This document shows positions 12,831-26,490 of a stretch of DNA of 64,000 nt, in pieces. This stretch comes from Octopus sinensis. Lineage: Eukaryota. Position 1 is the stretch's first letter. The number at the start of each line of letters is the position of its first letter. The stretch covers positions 155,186,001 through 155,250,000 of the forward strand of contig NC_043000.1 in assembly GCF_006345805.1 (NCBI RefSeq). The letters run 5' to 3'. The position numbers and the translations under genes were made by a program. The notes under the pieces were generated by a model, which worked only from the letters and a program-made list of their open reading frames with translations, was not told the origin of the DNA and searched no databases.

Positions 12831-13331
12831 CTCTCTTGCTGTTTATGTGTGTGTGTGAAGCAGCTCCAGGTACATAAACAACCTCGAACACACATACACG
12901 AGGTATGTGTGTTGTTAGTTCGTGCGTCTGCTGCGGTTTTAGGCGTAAGAGCATATATCCTCTATGCATCTGGTGTAAAAACAAACACCTGAAAGTTAGT
13001 CACAATCAAGCGAGACAACTCACATCAAGTTCAACAGACATCGATGTTTCGTCATCATTTTGGTTTATCAACGTCGCAAACCGAACAAGGACCGCTGCAA
13101 GCCATATCGCCGACTATGATCATATGCTAAATGGTTTACATACCATCAGCTAGCATGTCTCAACGTTTCATGCTACGCAAAAAATTCAAATGTAAATTAG
13201 AAGCAACAAATTCGAACGTATAAATACATATATGACGGCCTTCCAAGTGGTGTACTCGCACGAATTTAATCACAAGACAATTGTTTACTCGTGGCATTGG
13301 TAAAATACATTTACCCACGGTACAATTTTGT

Positions 13332-13748
13332 AAGGTGGAGAGCTGGCAGAAACGTTAGCACGTCGGGCGAAATGCATAGCGGTATTTCGTCTGCCGTTAC
13401 GTTGTGAGTTCAAATTCCGCCGTGGTCGACTTTACTTTTCATCCTTTCGGGGTCGATAAATTAAGTACCAGTTACGCACTGGGGTCGATGTAATCGACTT
13501 AATACCTATGTCTGTCCTTGTTTGTCCCTCCTATGTTTAGCCCCGTGTGGGTAATAAAGAAATAGGTATTTCGTCTGTCGTTACGTTGTGAGTTCAAATT
13601 CCGCCGAGGTCGACTTTACTTTTCATCCTTTCGGGGTCGATAAATTAAGTACCAGTTACGCACTGGGGTCGATGTAATCGACTTAATACCTATGTCTGTC
13701 CTTGTTTGTCCCCTCTATGTTTAGCCCCTTGTGGGTAATAAAGAAATA
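13332..13748 (+). mobile_element. SINE family A dimer (head and two 184-bp units, no tail)
   Basis: Units start at 13381 and 13565. TSD GGTAC(A/T)ATTTTGT at 13319-13331 and 13749-13761 (12/13 match). Confidence 0.9.
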
Positions 13749-14039
13749 GGTACTATTTTGTTGAACAGAACCTGCAAGCACTTGGTCTGCAAAGCTAATT
13801 TCTTAATCACAGAGTCATGTTTTCTTTGCTGTGTAAAAATCCCACCATTTCTCTTGGCTTAAATATCTAACTGCTGATTGTCACTCTCCATGCTTTTTTC
13901 TTTTCAAGAAATGATTCTCAATTCTCGCAGCTTCCCTTGCGTTTTGGGTTCCTTCCCATCCCGCTACCACACAGCTTTCTATTTCTTTATGTAGAATGGT
14001 AAAGATTACAGAAACATTTATGTAATCCCTGCACCCACA

Positions 14040-14489
14040 TCAGTTGATAATCATCATCATCAACAGCAGCAGCACTACCAATAAGTACCATCACAACCAT
14101 AAACAAGTACCCCTATATTATCTAGAAAAAAAAATGAAGTAGTAGCAGTAGTACATTTTTGGCGCCAACGACGAGGGTGATGACAAGATGGTTGTTATCG
14201 CTGTCATCAATATTATCTTCACATTCTTAATCAAACATGTCCTTCTTCCTCACATCTGTCTCTAATACTGTTATCGTTACGTTTTACCACTGCCATTGTT
14301 TTGTCCTCTCCTCCCTCTTCAGCATCACCACCACCATCATCATCATCATCATTATCACTATCATCACCATCGTCGTCGTCTTCATTATAATCGACATCAT
14401 CATCATCATCGTAGTCGTTGTCGTCGTCGTTGTCGTCGTCGTTGTCGTCGTCGTTGTCGTCGTCGTTGTCGTCGTCGTTGTCGTCGTTG

Positions 14490-14529
<40 letters not shown>

Positions 14530-14723
14530 ATCGTCATCATCATCATCATCATGTCGACATCAACGATATTCTCAAACCGTCGAAACTGTCTCTTTCTTCC
14601 GACTCGTTACTTTTTTCAGATCAAAGTCGCTATATTATCATCAGTGCTGATATTGTCAACACTAAACATTACGACCCTGTTCCTATGAGCGGCAGTACGT
14701 ATCCCTATATATATATATATATG

Positions 14724-14773
<50 letters not shown>

Positions 14774-14922
14774 CTCAAAAATATTATTAGCATGATTATT
14801 ATCATCACTTTATCGTCATCATCGTCATTATCCATTTTCGTCATCAACATCATCATGATCATCATCACTATCATCAACGTCATCATCACCACCACCACCA
14901 ACACCATAATCATCATCACCAC

Positions 14923-14984
<62 letters not shown>

Positions 14985-15013
14985 CCACCACCACCACCAT
15001 CATCATCATAATC

Positions 15014-15088
<75 letters not shown>

Positions 15089-15589
15089 TTCTTCAAACCG
15101 TTGAATCTGTCACTCCAGCCAACACCCGCTACTCACAGCTCCGATACCGTTATCTCTCCCTCATCGGTATTACTATTTTCAACACTAGTCACCCCCCCTC
15201 TACTAACTCCATTCTCTTCTCACAACCACTGTACGCTCACTTCTATCAACACTGCCAAAAACAACAAGAGTAATCATATCAACAACTAAAACAGCAACAA
15301 CAATAGCAATAACAATAACATTGCTTGCAAAAATATTGCCAACAGCAACGAAAACAAATTCAACAGATTCAACAACAATTTAGCACTGCCACCGCTACCA
15401 AACAGCAACTATCTTCCTCCTCCTCCTCATCATCATCATCATCATCACCACCACCACCATCATCATCATCAATAACCACTACCACCGTCACCACCACCAC
15501 TCATATCTATCACCGCTACTCTTATTGCAATCATCATCATCATCAACACAATAATAATAATAATGATAATAATGATAATAATAATAATG

Positions 15590-15637
<48 letters not shown>

Positions 15638-16104
15638 TAATAATAATAATAATTTTCATCATCATCGTCGTCGTCGTCGTCGTCGTCACATTCAGCACCA
15701 TCATCATCATCACTATCATCATCACTATCATGATCGCAACTAGTGAGAGCAGAGCAACTAGAGCAACTTTCGTAGTTATACTCTGAGTTAACAAATAACC
15801 TTGTAGAAAGCCAACAAGAAAGCCTCTTCAGGTTCACTGAGTATGCTAGAAACAAAACGCATATTTCCTTTACATCATATCACGACCACATTGTCATAAG
15901 AAAAAAAATGTTGGTATCTACTGCACAGAATGAGGAAATATTACGTTCACTGTACCAAAACGCGTTCGGGATGGAATATGGCTGGAATGATTTCGATCAT
16001 AGGGCTGCTCAATCAGGATCCCGACCTGGGGCTAAAAAGCAGTGTAATGTTGAAAGAGGGAAAGACAGAAAGGAAGATGGAAGGAGGTTAAGAAGAATCG
16101 GCAA

Positions 16105-16147
<43 letters not shown>

Positions 16148-16334
16148 TGTAGTAGTTGTAGTAGTTGTAGTAGTAGTAATAGTAGTAGTAGTTGTTGTAG
16201 TAGTAGTTGTAGTAGTAGTAGTTGTAGTGATGGTGGTGGTGGTGGTGGTAGTAGTAGTTGTGGTACTAGTAGTAGTGGTGGTGGTGGCGGTGGTAGTAGT
16301 AGTTGTAGTACTAGTAGTAGTAGTAGTAGTAGTG

Positions 16335-16371
<37 letters not shown>

Positions 16372-16640
16372 CGTAAAGAGAAGGAAGAGGTGTGAGAGGG
16401 GAAATAAAAGGATGAATGGGGAAAAAAAAATAAAGATTAAGAAAATATTAAGAAAACGTAAAGAAGAAAGGAGCGTCACGGCGACATGATCAATATGTCT
16501 TACTTGAACGGACATCGACCAGCGTGGATAACTACGACATTAACAACAACACCAGCAACAACAGTATTATTAGCCCCACCCACCACCACCACCACCACCA
16601 CCCTCCTTATCACCATAACAACAACAGCATCAGTATCAGT
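14040..16640. repeat. About 2.6-kb block of trinucleotide repeats (CAT, CGT, CAC, AAT, TAG, TGG) including a (GTCGTCGTCGTT)n 12-mer
   Basis: Read directly. Source of the poly-H, -I, -M, -S and -V ORFs. Confidence 0.9.
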
Positions 16641-17309
16641 GACAAGGAAAAATACTCCTACATGCAGACATAAAAAAAGTACGAAGAACACCGAGCGAAT
16701 CAAACTCTATATACAAAATATATTCAGAAATAAGATGAAGTAGACGGGAAAAAAACCATGGCGTAACAACTTCCTTCCCATTTCTGTCATTGACAACGTT
16801 TGTTCTGACAGACATCAGTCCAAGAAGTTTCCTTTCTGAGCACGTAGAATATCGTCGTTTTGAATCTGCGAAGAGTTGCTAAGATTACGGACCAAGGAAA
16901 CAGAGGTTCGAATGGAATGAATTTATGAATTTGCTAAAAGGCTGTAAGTTCAGCTATAAGTGAAACAAAACAAATCAGAGCGTCTTACTAATGATATATG
17001 GAATGTGTGAGAGAGAGAGAAAGTAAAACACGAAAGAAGAAGAATGAGAGACTGAGAGGAGAAACTGAAAGAAAAAAGAAAATGAAGAGAGGCAGAGAGA
17101 GAGAGAGAAAACGATGGAGCCGCGTGTGGTGGGTTGCTAGCTTCAGCGGTTCTAGTGAAAAGGTGATAGAAAGGTTTTTGTAGATGAAAACGGACTCCAC
17201 CTAACTTTGGCGCGTCGACAACTTGCAAATAGAACACCACACACACACACACACACGAATATACATTTATAAATATCTATCTATATATATATATATTTGG
17301 TTTCAGATA

Positions 17310-17357
<48 letters not shown>

Positions 17358-19110
17358 ACTGTGTATATGTGTGTGCCTGTGTATGCGTCTATGCGTTTAT
17401 ATTTTATAAGTGCACCAGGTATATTAATATTTAAATGAATTTAAAGAGATATAAATAAACACAAACAGATATAAATACACGTACTTGTACTTATATATGC
17501 AGATACACCTATGTCTGTACACGTACACGTACAAATATAAATGCGTTTGAGACTCTGCGCATAAATGTGTATGTATATGTGAAATATATATGTCTGAATG
17601 TTAAATGAAAAGCACGAACTCTAAGCTGTAATGTTACAGAATTTAACAATATAACGCGATAGACAAGCCAACATTCACAGACACACACATTGATATACAT
17701 TCATAGAGACTACTACATTCTGTCAGATATTAACACGAAGATACACAAATGTCTCCAAGATTAAATACATGTATTAAATAAAATTATTGTTTTCACTATT
17801 ACAGAATTGGCAGTCGTTGTTTGATATGTATGTAGAATCATTCAGCTTTTCTTACCTTTTCATTTACATGTTAAGAAATACCAGTGAAACAAGAGCCATA
17901 TTCTAGCAATGTTTTTACACCCACGTGGTACCGGTCGGGAGGATTCACCGACTAACGAAAGAACAAAGTCATCTAGCAGCATGGAATAATGTAAACATCG
18001 TTTAAATTATACGGGAAGACTTGCAAGAGAGACGTTAGGTTATATTCCGAAAGTGAGCATAATTAACACTACTTATTAGAAACATTGGTGATACGTCTGT
18101 GTCCCGATATTGCAGGAGTTCATAACTTTACGGTGAATATCATTGAGTTGACTGAAGTAAAACTATCTCACTTATTTATTTTGCATCTGAGAAAAGAATA
18201 CACGTCACATTATTTCATTCTCTCTCGACTACAAGAAAGGTAAGTAAAATGCTGTGGGCGGTGGAAAAGCAGAATCAGTAGACAGACGGAAAGAACAACT
18301 TGAGGTATTTGGTTGCAAACCTTGAAGTTATGAGTTCAAATGCAGCCTAAGTCGACTTTGCCGTCATCATTCTCGAGTCCATGATAAAGGTACAACTCAA
18401 ATGATATAGTGATTGAATCGAAGACACTTCCCCATGATTTGAAGCTTACTGTTTGTCGGGATTCGGTATAATGTTGGGGGCAGATTGAAAGAATCAGTAG
18501 AGTGACGGATAAAATTCCTAGTGGCATTTACTTCAGTTGAGAACCCGTCGAGGTAGGATTCATATTATATCCTTCCGGGATCGGGAAAACAAGTACCAGC
18601 TGAGTACTAGAGTCAATCGACTACACATCAAACATTTGGCAATAAAAAGAACAACAGCTATATACACTCTTTTCACAAAACTTTTCATTACAATAAAAAT
18701 AAAACCAACTAAAATACATCCTCACCCAAATGTGTGGCTTTGAACCAACGTTGGAAATTTAGAATAAGGCAGTTCCATAAAGCAAAAAAAAAAACAGTTT
18801 CTTTCATGTAAAGATATTGCGACGTCCTTTCAAAGACAGACATTTTTAAAGCCTTAGAAAAGTACGAAATTGATGTTCACCATTTTCGCATTCTTATCCA
18901 AATTCAATCCAAAATAGTTTTGTAACTCGTGTGAAAGAATTCAGTGTCTTTTATCACTCACAGATCATGCATATTGTTTCCAATATCTGTAAACTTTACA
19001 CGCCAAGTATAAAACTTCTGTGCAGTCATTCGATCTGGAGAGAATAGCGATCGGGTCTCCTTCAAATTCAAGATAGAAAAGGGAATTCTTTGCAAAATTT
19101 AGTTATAGAT

Positions 19111-19395
19111 ATTGTTTGTTCCTTCTCGAGCCTCGCTTGGCTCATAGGGCCGGTTTCCCGGTTTCCTTGGCGTATAGGTTCCCCACCTGGACGGGACCCC
19201 GGTTCTTTGCAGGTGAGCTGCAAGATGCAGGAGGAAAGAGTGTGAGAAAGTTGTGGCGAAAGAGTCAGCAGAAGTTCGCCATTACCTTCTACCGTAGCTG
19301 CGTGGAGCTTAGGTGTTTCGCTCATAAGCACACACATCGCCCGGTCTGAGATTCAAACCCGCAATTCCTCGACCGCGAGTCCGCTGTGCCTCCAC
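19111..19395 (-). mobile_element. tRNA-derived SINE family D, variant 3' half
   Basis: Head GTGGAGGCAC...GCGGACTCGCGGTCGAGGAATTGCGGGTTTGAATCTC is shared with 22558-22833. 10-bp TSD AGTTATAGAT at 19101-19110 and 19396-19405. Confidence 0.8.
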
Positions 19396-19645
19396 AGTTA
19401 TAGATGTACTGTGCCTGAAATAAAGACGGGAATGACTGGAAAGTTTTTTTCAAAATTATTTCAAGTCAGAGCCCTCAAAGACTAAGCGACAACAAAAACT
19501 ACCACCAGCAATCATAACAGCAGCAGCTATTGCAACAATAATTACATCATCAACAACAGAGATAATAAAAGAGGCCGGTTTATGTTCCAGTTAGAGCCAG
19601 ATGGACATAAAATCCCGACAAAAGCAATAGTTTAGTAATTTTAAG

Positions 19646-19816
19646 GCAATGACCCGGCAGAATCTTTAGCACGCCAGTTATGAGTTTAAATTCCACCGAG
19701 GTCAACTTCGACTTTCATCCTTTCGAGTTTGATGAAATAAGTACCAGTTGAGCTTTGGGGGTTGATAAAATCGACCTACCCTCTCCCCCAAAATTGCTGA
19801 CATTGTGCCAAAATTT
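19646..19816 (+). mobile_element. SINE family A monomer, deleted head
   Basis: GAGTTTAAATTCC B box, CTTTCATCCTTTCG domain and tail CCCCCAAAATTGCTGACATTGTGCCAAAATTT. Confidence 0.75.
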
Positions 19817-20457
19817 CTCGATTCCATGAAAATACTGTAGTGATTGAATCGAAGATACTTCTGCATGATTTGAAGCTTTTCAAATAGCATTCGATTGACT
19901 ACAAGGAAATACACCCCTTTTTCTCTGATGGGTGGTTGTATTACCTAATAATGATTATCAGTTTTAGATTTCATATCGAAGGGTGATACATCTATGAAAC
20001 GATCGTAAGGTATTTCAAACTTTTTAAATAGCCATACTTGATATATTTATATATTTATCTATTAATACAATATTATTTTGGGCATATATCTTCTGTAATG
20101 AGTTTTTAATGCAATTTTTCCTGCTTTTACTTTATAATATATAATCGCTCTTATTATATGTCTAAATACCTTTAAGGTTTTAGACATTTCCGTACCAGAA
20201 TGCAGTATACTGCATTCTCATTGAATATATTTAACTACATATATATATTAATATATATACATACTTTATTTATGGGTTAAGGTTACCGTTGGTTTCATGT
20301 AAGCAAGTCCTTACTATTGAGTAGCTTTCTGTAACGTGAAACCAATGGGAAGTCTTAACTACCCATCGGATATTAGCATATATATCTTATACAAATACAC
20401 GCAAACACACACACGCACACACACACACACAAGCACATGCAAACACACACACACACA

Positions 20458-20515
<58 letters not shown>

Positions 20516-20844
20516 GAACCCCCGTCGGTTGCGGCACTGAATGTTCAAATTGCTCGAGCGTCAGACAGGTTTATGTGTTAAGTAGTTGAGTATTTTACAG
20601 AACACGAATGTCTAACTCCCGGAGGGAATCAGCGGATGTGGTAAGAAGGCCGACCTTTTAATTCACAATAATAATCAATTTGCTTGGGATTTTTTACCAA
20701 TTTCATCTGTCTAATTTCCTTCACAAAGCTTAGGTCAACACAAGATTATCTCAAACACACATGCCCACAATCCATGCAGTGGGCTCGATTTCGAAACGGT
20801 ATCATCAATAACGGACCTTCTTAAGCCTGTGGCCATGTCTACGT

Positions 20845-20939
<95 letters not shown>

Positions 20940-21074
20940 CATACGTACATACATACATACATAAATACATACATACATACATACATAACTATGCATGTAG
21001 GTGTGTGTATGTATGTGTGTATGTATGTATATGTGTGTATGTTTGTGTGTGTTTGTGTCTCAGTGTATGAGTGT

Positions 21075-21262
21075 GTGTCACTACCACTGATCAACCGGTG
21101 TTTACGTCGCTTTAATCTCGCGGTTCAGTAAAAGAAACCGATAGAATAAGTACTAGACTCAAAAATAAAAAAAGGAAGTTCTGTGGTTGATTCGTCCGAC
21201 TAAAATTTTTCAAGGCAGTGCTCCAGTATGACCGTGTTCTAATGACTGAAAGAAGCAAACGA
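21075..21262 (+). mobile_element. 3' half of SINE family B
   Basis: ACCGGTGTTTACGTC...CCGATAGAATAAGTACTAG...GTGCTCCAGTATGACCG...AATGACTGAAA follows a TA/CATA/TG linker. Confidence 0.7.
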
Positions 21263-22557
21263 TAAACAAAATATTAAAGTATACCAAATCAATGCATACC
21301 TTCGTTTTCAGCACAGGTATAGGTTCGGTGAAAAGAATGCCGACACTATAAGTGTCCACAAATTCCCAGCCTTGATATGACCAGTTGCATATACAGTATA
21401 TTGTTTCACATCTGGTCAGTTATTTATGCCCAGCTGCTTTGGGGATTAAGTCTTCATGATGCTTATATTTTTTGAGCCGTATCGAAGATCTGAGTAGCTC
21501 TGCTGATTTCGATCTCGTTAATAATATTTGTTATCTACGGCATCGATCTGAAATGATAGAAAAGAAAGAAACGTAAGCATAAAATATTAAAGCTACTTTT
21601 AATAAAATTTCGGACAGAACTGAATAGTTTCAGGAACAGTAGGGAATTAGTGGAAGAATTATAAGACAACAGTATCGATAACAAAATCTCAAGAAAAAAT
21701 ATTTAGAACAATATAATTTCATTATATTATTGAATATGGAAAGAAGTATGACAATGCGATCAGAAATACGTGTATTCATGATTTGTTAATTAGATGGAAG
21801 CAAGACGATATCACAAGCAATATGGCGTTGGAGTAAAGTTTTCAGAGGCCTAATTTTTTTTTTATAATCCCTCTGAATTTTGGCTTAAACCACGTTTATA
21901 ACAGGAGTACCCGTAAAATAGCCTTGTCGAATTAAGCATTATTCTTGCGCCTAGTGTAAATATTCTATCTAGTTACATTGTTTTAACGAGAAGACCATGA
22001 TTACTCCGATGAGATGAAACTCGTCAAATAAAACTACATCTGTATTTGCGATTGCTGTTCGCGTACTTTCTTTTTAGTCGACTGATAATTGCAATCACAA
22101 ATTAACAGAGATAGGTCAGTATTTCACAAAATATTTTGCTTTTCTTCTGACTTTGGTTAGTAAATTGATGTCAATCGCTTTCTTTTTTTGTCTGTTTTCG
22201 CACCCTGGTCAGTTCTGATTGAGGAAACTCATTATGATTGCTATCCCAGACAATCCCAATCCGTCTTTTTGTACTTAGTTAGATATGTCTACGCTAGCTT
22301 TATAGATATGGTTAGACATGATTTGAGAAGGTCAAATAATCTATTAGCTCATATTTCTGGAGACTGATTCCTGTGGTCGTATAGCTCTGGGTAAGAAAGA
22401 TTCGCCAAAGGACTTATTCATAACGGAGGGAATGCAACCAGGGCAAACAGAAGGGCTTGTACAAAAGTGATTTTCGACTTCTTACATTGTTGTTTTAGTA
22501 TCATCGAAAGAGGTCAAATGGAGAAACAGGTCAGATACTGATTAGTGTTTATGATAT

Positions 22558-22833
22558 CACGTGACCGACCAGACCATCAGATGTTGTTACACATCGCTGG
22601 TCACAATGCGTTCGCATTGTTTTAGCCTTCGAATGACGCCACCCCGCTGGCTAAGCGAGCAGGCCAACAGAAGAAAGAGTGGGAGAAAGAGTGGTGAAAG
22701 AGTACAGCAGGGATCACCACCCCCTGCCGGAGCGTCGTGGAGCTTTTAGGTGTTTTCGCTCAATAAACACACACAACCGCGATCCTGCGACCGCGAGTCC
22801 GCTGCCCTAACCACTAGGCCATTGCGCCTCCAC
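22558..22833 (-). mobile_element. tRNA-derived SINE family D
   Basis: Head GTGGAGGCGCAATGGCCTAGTGGTTAGGGCAGCGGACTCGCGG with A box TGGCCTAGTGG. 11-bp TSD GTTTATGATAT at 22547-22557 and 22834-22844. Confidence 0.85.
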
Positions 22834-23085
22834 GTTTATGATATACTGTTGAGTAAATGTTTTCTAACTAGCCATGTGGTGTTTACTGGGGTGTAAGACA
22901 AATCTTTATATAAAAGTGTAAAAAACAATGTATATATGGAATCATATCAGATGTAACAAAAAAATGTTTCATGAAAAGAAAAGCTGTAAAGTCAAAAAAA
23001 GTTTCCATTATCAAATGAAGCAATAAATTATGTTATGGATACACACAGACATACACACACACATCAGGCACATACACACACATCA

Positions 23086-23129
<44 letters not shown>

Positions 23130-24415
23130 TACACACACACACACACTCAAATTCAGAATTTTTGCATTTGATTCAAAAGAATTCCCGTCAGTTTTGTTTT
23201 CAATTAGATCTTGCATTTTGGAGAGACCATGTTTTTACTAATCATATACAGAGAAATTAATTATACACTTCTTTAATCCTTCATTATTTGTCTATTAATA
23301 TCAAAACCTTGCAGTATATTTCTGTCATCTGTTCACTAATCTGTAATCCAACCTGCAGCTCTCACTGTCTGTGTGTCTGTTTGTCAATGTCACTCACACA
23401 CTGACTCACTCATTAATTCACTCACTCACTCTTTCTCTCTATATATATACATATAGTGTGTGTATGTGAGAACGTGTGTGTGCACATGTGTGTGTGTGAG
23501 CATGTGCATGTGTGAGTCAAGCATTAGAACAAACATTCTCCCAACACGTAGAAGTCATTGGTCTAATTTTGCCCTGCAAATGACAACACTCTCAATTATA
23601 ATTGCATGTTCCAGTCATATATTCATTATCTCACGCAATATACTTTCATTTTAATTTAATTGGGAAGAAAACACTGTCTTTCTCACTCTATAAATAGAAG
23701 TTTAATTAAACGTTTGGCATCTCTTTGTCAACTTCGAGTTAAAAGAACATATTTTGTTTTTCAAGTAAAGCAATTTCTTTGAGATTTACCGTGTCTAAAT
23801 AGTAGATATTAATCTAGCAACCGGGATTGAGAAATCTGTTTATTTTATCGTAATCCTTGAGTTGTTTAAAACAAACTCACCGGATTCATGTGTCTTAATT
23901 GTCTCGCAAAAAGCTGTCTTCTTATCAAGAAATCTGTCTACCTGTCTATATTTTCTCTCTTTTCTTTCTAGATTTACTTATAATCATTTCTGTAATTAAT
24001 AACATTGCCTTTGTAACATGATTTCGACCCTTCGAACGGTACTGCATCTTGAGTAAGTCTTTTCTTTTAAAATCTGCAGTGGTTCTAAGAATTATGAGTG
24101 TAATATTGGGTTGCTTAACACCACTCTGTAGAAATCCATTGCGTGGATTTTACAGGTATTCTAAAGAGCCACGGTTGTCTACAAACTTGCTAAATGACAC
24201 ATCTAAATTAAAGGTATTTATGAAATACTGAAGTATGGCCATTATATTTCAGTTTGTAGGTAACTCTGATGACTGAACAAGAGGAACATTCATTGTTTAT
24301 TGTCAATAATTATGTAGGTGAATGATAATCGGGAGAGTGGGTGTCCTAAGATATCCCCCTCCTTGTCAATGATTACGTGCTTTGTCGCTATTCATGTTAA
24401 ACGAATGATACATAC

Positions 24416-24448
<33 letters not shown>

Positions 24449-24469
24449 AACCAGAGTGTACGTACGCCG

Positions 24470-24497
<28 letters not shown>

Positions 24498-24503
<6 letters not shown>

Positions 24504-24729
24504 CTTTACTGCCCAAAAGGGGCTAAACATAGAGGGGACAAACAAGGACAGAGAGACGGCTTACGTCAATTACATCGACCCCAGTGCGAAACTGGTTCTT
24601 TATTTATCGACCCCGAAAGGATGAAAGGCAAAGGCGACCTCGGTGGGATTTGAACTCAGAACGTAACTGCAGACGAAATACGGCTACGCATTTCGCCCGG
24701 CGTGCTAACGTTTCTGCCAGCTCGCCGCC
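24498..24729 (-). mobile_element. SINE family A monomer ending at the unit junction
   Basis: GGCGGCGAGCTGGCAGAAACGTTAG head, one unit, then ends in GTAAAGAAA(TA)n. Confidence 0.85.
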
Positions 24730-25988
24730 CTACATTAAATAAATATCAAAACTATCAAAGCTTATTTCGAGTAAGAAAATTTATCATGAATCCTGCTTGA
24801 AACGGATATTTTTGCATTTGAATAGGGTTTATATGGCTTTACTTGTTGTGTGTGAAAAAAAGAAAAAAGAAAACACATCATTGACGTACTGGAAAAAAAC
24901 AACATAATATAAATATTCCACGGAACAAGCGATGTCTTTTCTAAACAGACAACGATAATTTTTCCCATCGTTTTTGGATAAATGTCAGGTGAAAGCTACG
25001 TTTTCCAATAATTTTCAAAATAATATTTGAGAGACAATATGATTGATTATGCGCACATTGTGGCGATATAAAATGACTTTCTTGCACTTACAAAAGAATA
25101 TGAACTTTTGAGGCATACACCCACTCGTTAATTTCAAAAGTCTTGAGGTAAACAAACTATAAGAATAAATTTTCCGTTCAGTCTGTTTCACGTTCATTCC
25201 CTTACATTCTTTGCGTGAAAGGTAAAAGATCTTAATGAATAACTAAAAGAATGCGATAATTTATTTACGTGACTATTAATCCACCCACCTGATATGACTT
25301 AATTAAAGACATATTTCTAAAGGATATCTTAAAGAACACAAATGAATAGTTGAACATTGACACTGTAAAGAAATCATTATTGAGAGTTATATAACAATTT
25401 CCAAACGCTTATGTGTGTCCAACACTTCAATAAATTCAAAGATTTCCCTTCCATTTCCTCTTTCGTTATATTAAACACTTCAACTTACTGACATAATACT
25501 CAAAACAATCCTGTAAACTTCCACATTTTACATTTTTACAATCCTTCTTCTAACTCCATTATTTTTTTCAAGAATTTTTCCTCTTTCAACGATCACGCAC
25601 CTCTCTTTCAATTTCTTACTTTTCAACAACCTTTTCTCCTACTACCTACCTTTCTTCTCTTCATTTTACCTTCTTATTGCTTATATAATATTTCCTCTTC
25701 CTACAAAAGTACCCATCTCTTCTAAAACCTAAATCTATCCAGAACCTTTCTTTGCAATGAATTAACTGGAATAAAAGTGTTGCTAAACGCCTTTATCTTT
25801 ATTTTTAGTACTTATTTGCTACACAATGATTTTACTTCGAGTATTCAATGTTTTATAACCATTCCTGTCAGTTTGTACAATCGTAAAAATATTTGCAGAG
25901 TAGAGAATTATCAATTATTAATCAAATATAGGATTTAATCAAGTGAAATAAAATGTTCATTGCAAAAAGTTGTGATGAGACGAGCGAG

Positions 25989-26490
<502 letters not shown>

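Noticed and set aside
12950-12995. Minus-strand acceptor (CTAAC...TTTCAG) followed by the Cys-rich peptide GVCFYTRCIEDICSYA*
   Set aside because: Only 16 codons, with no linked upstream exon or recognisable family.
13381-13748. 184-bp tandem units as a possible retrozyme or CRISPR-like array
   Set aside because: No CTGANGA/GAAA hammerhead core on either strand and no repeat-spacer alternation. The units are internal SINE segments.
14237-15855. Poly-His, -Ile, -Met and -Ser ORFs that look like low-complexity or biomineral-type proteins
   Set aside because: Trinucleotide repeats lack stops in most frames, and there is no unique domain or splice support.
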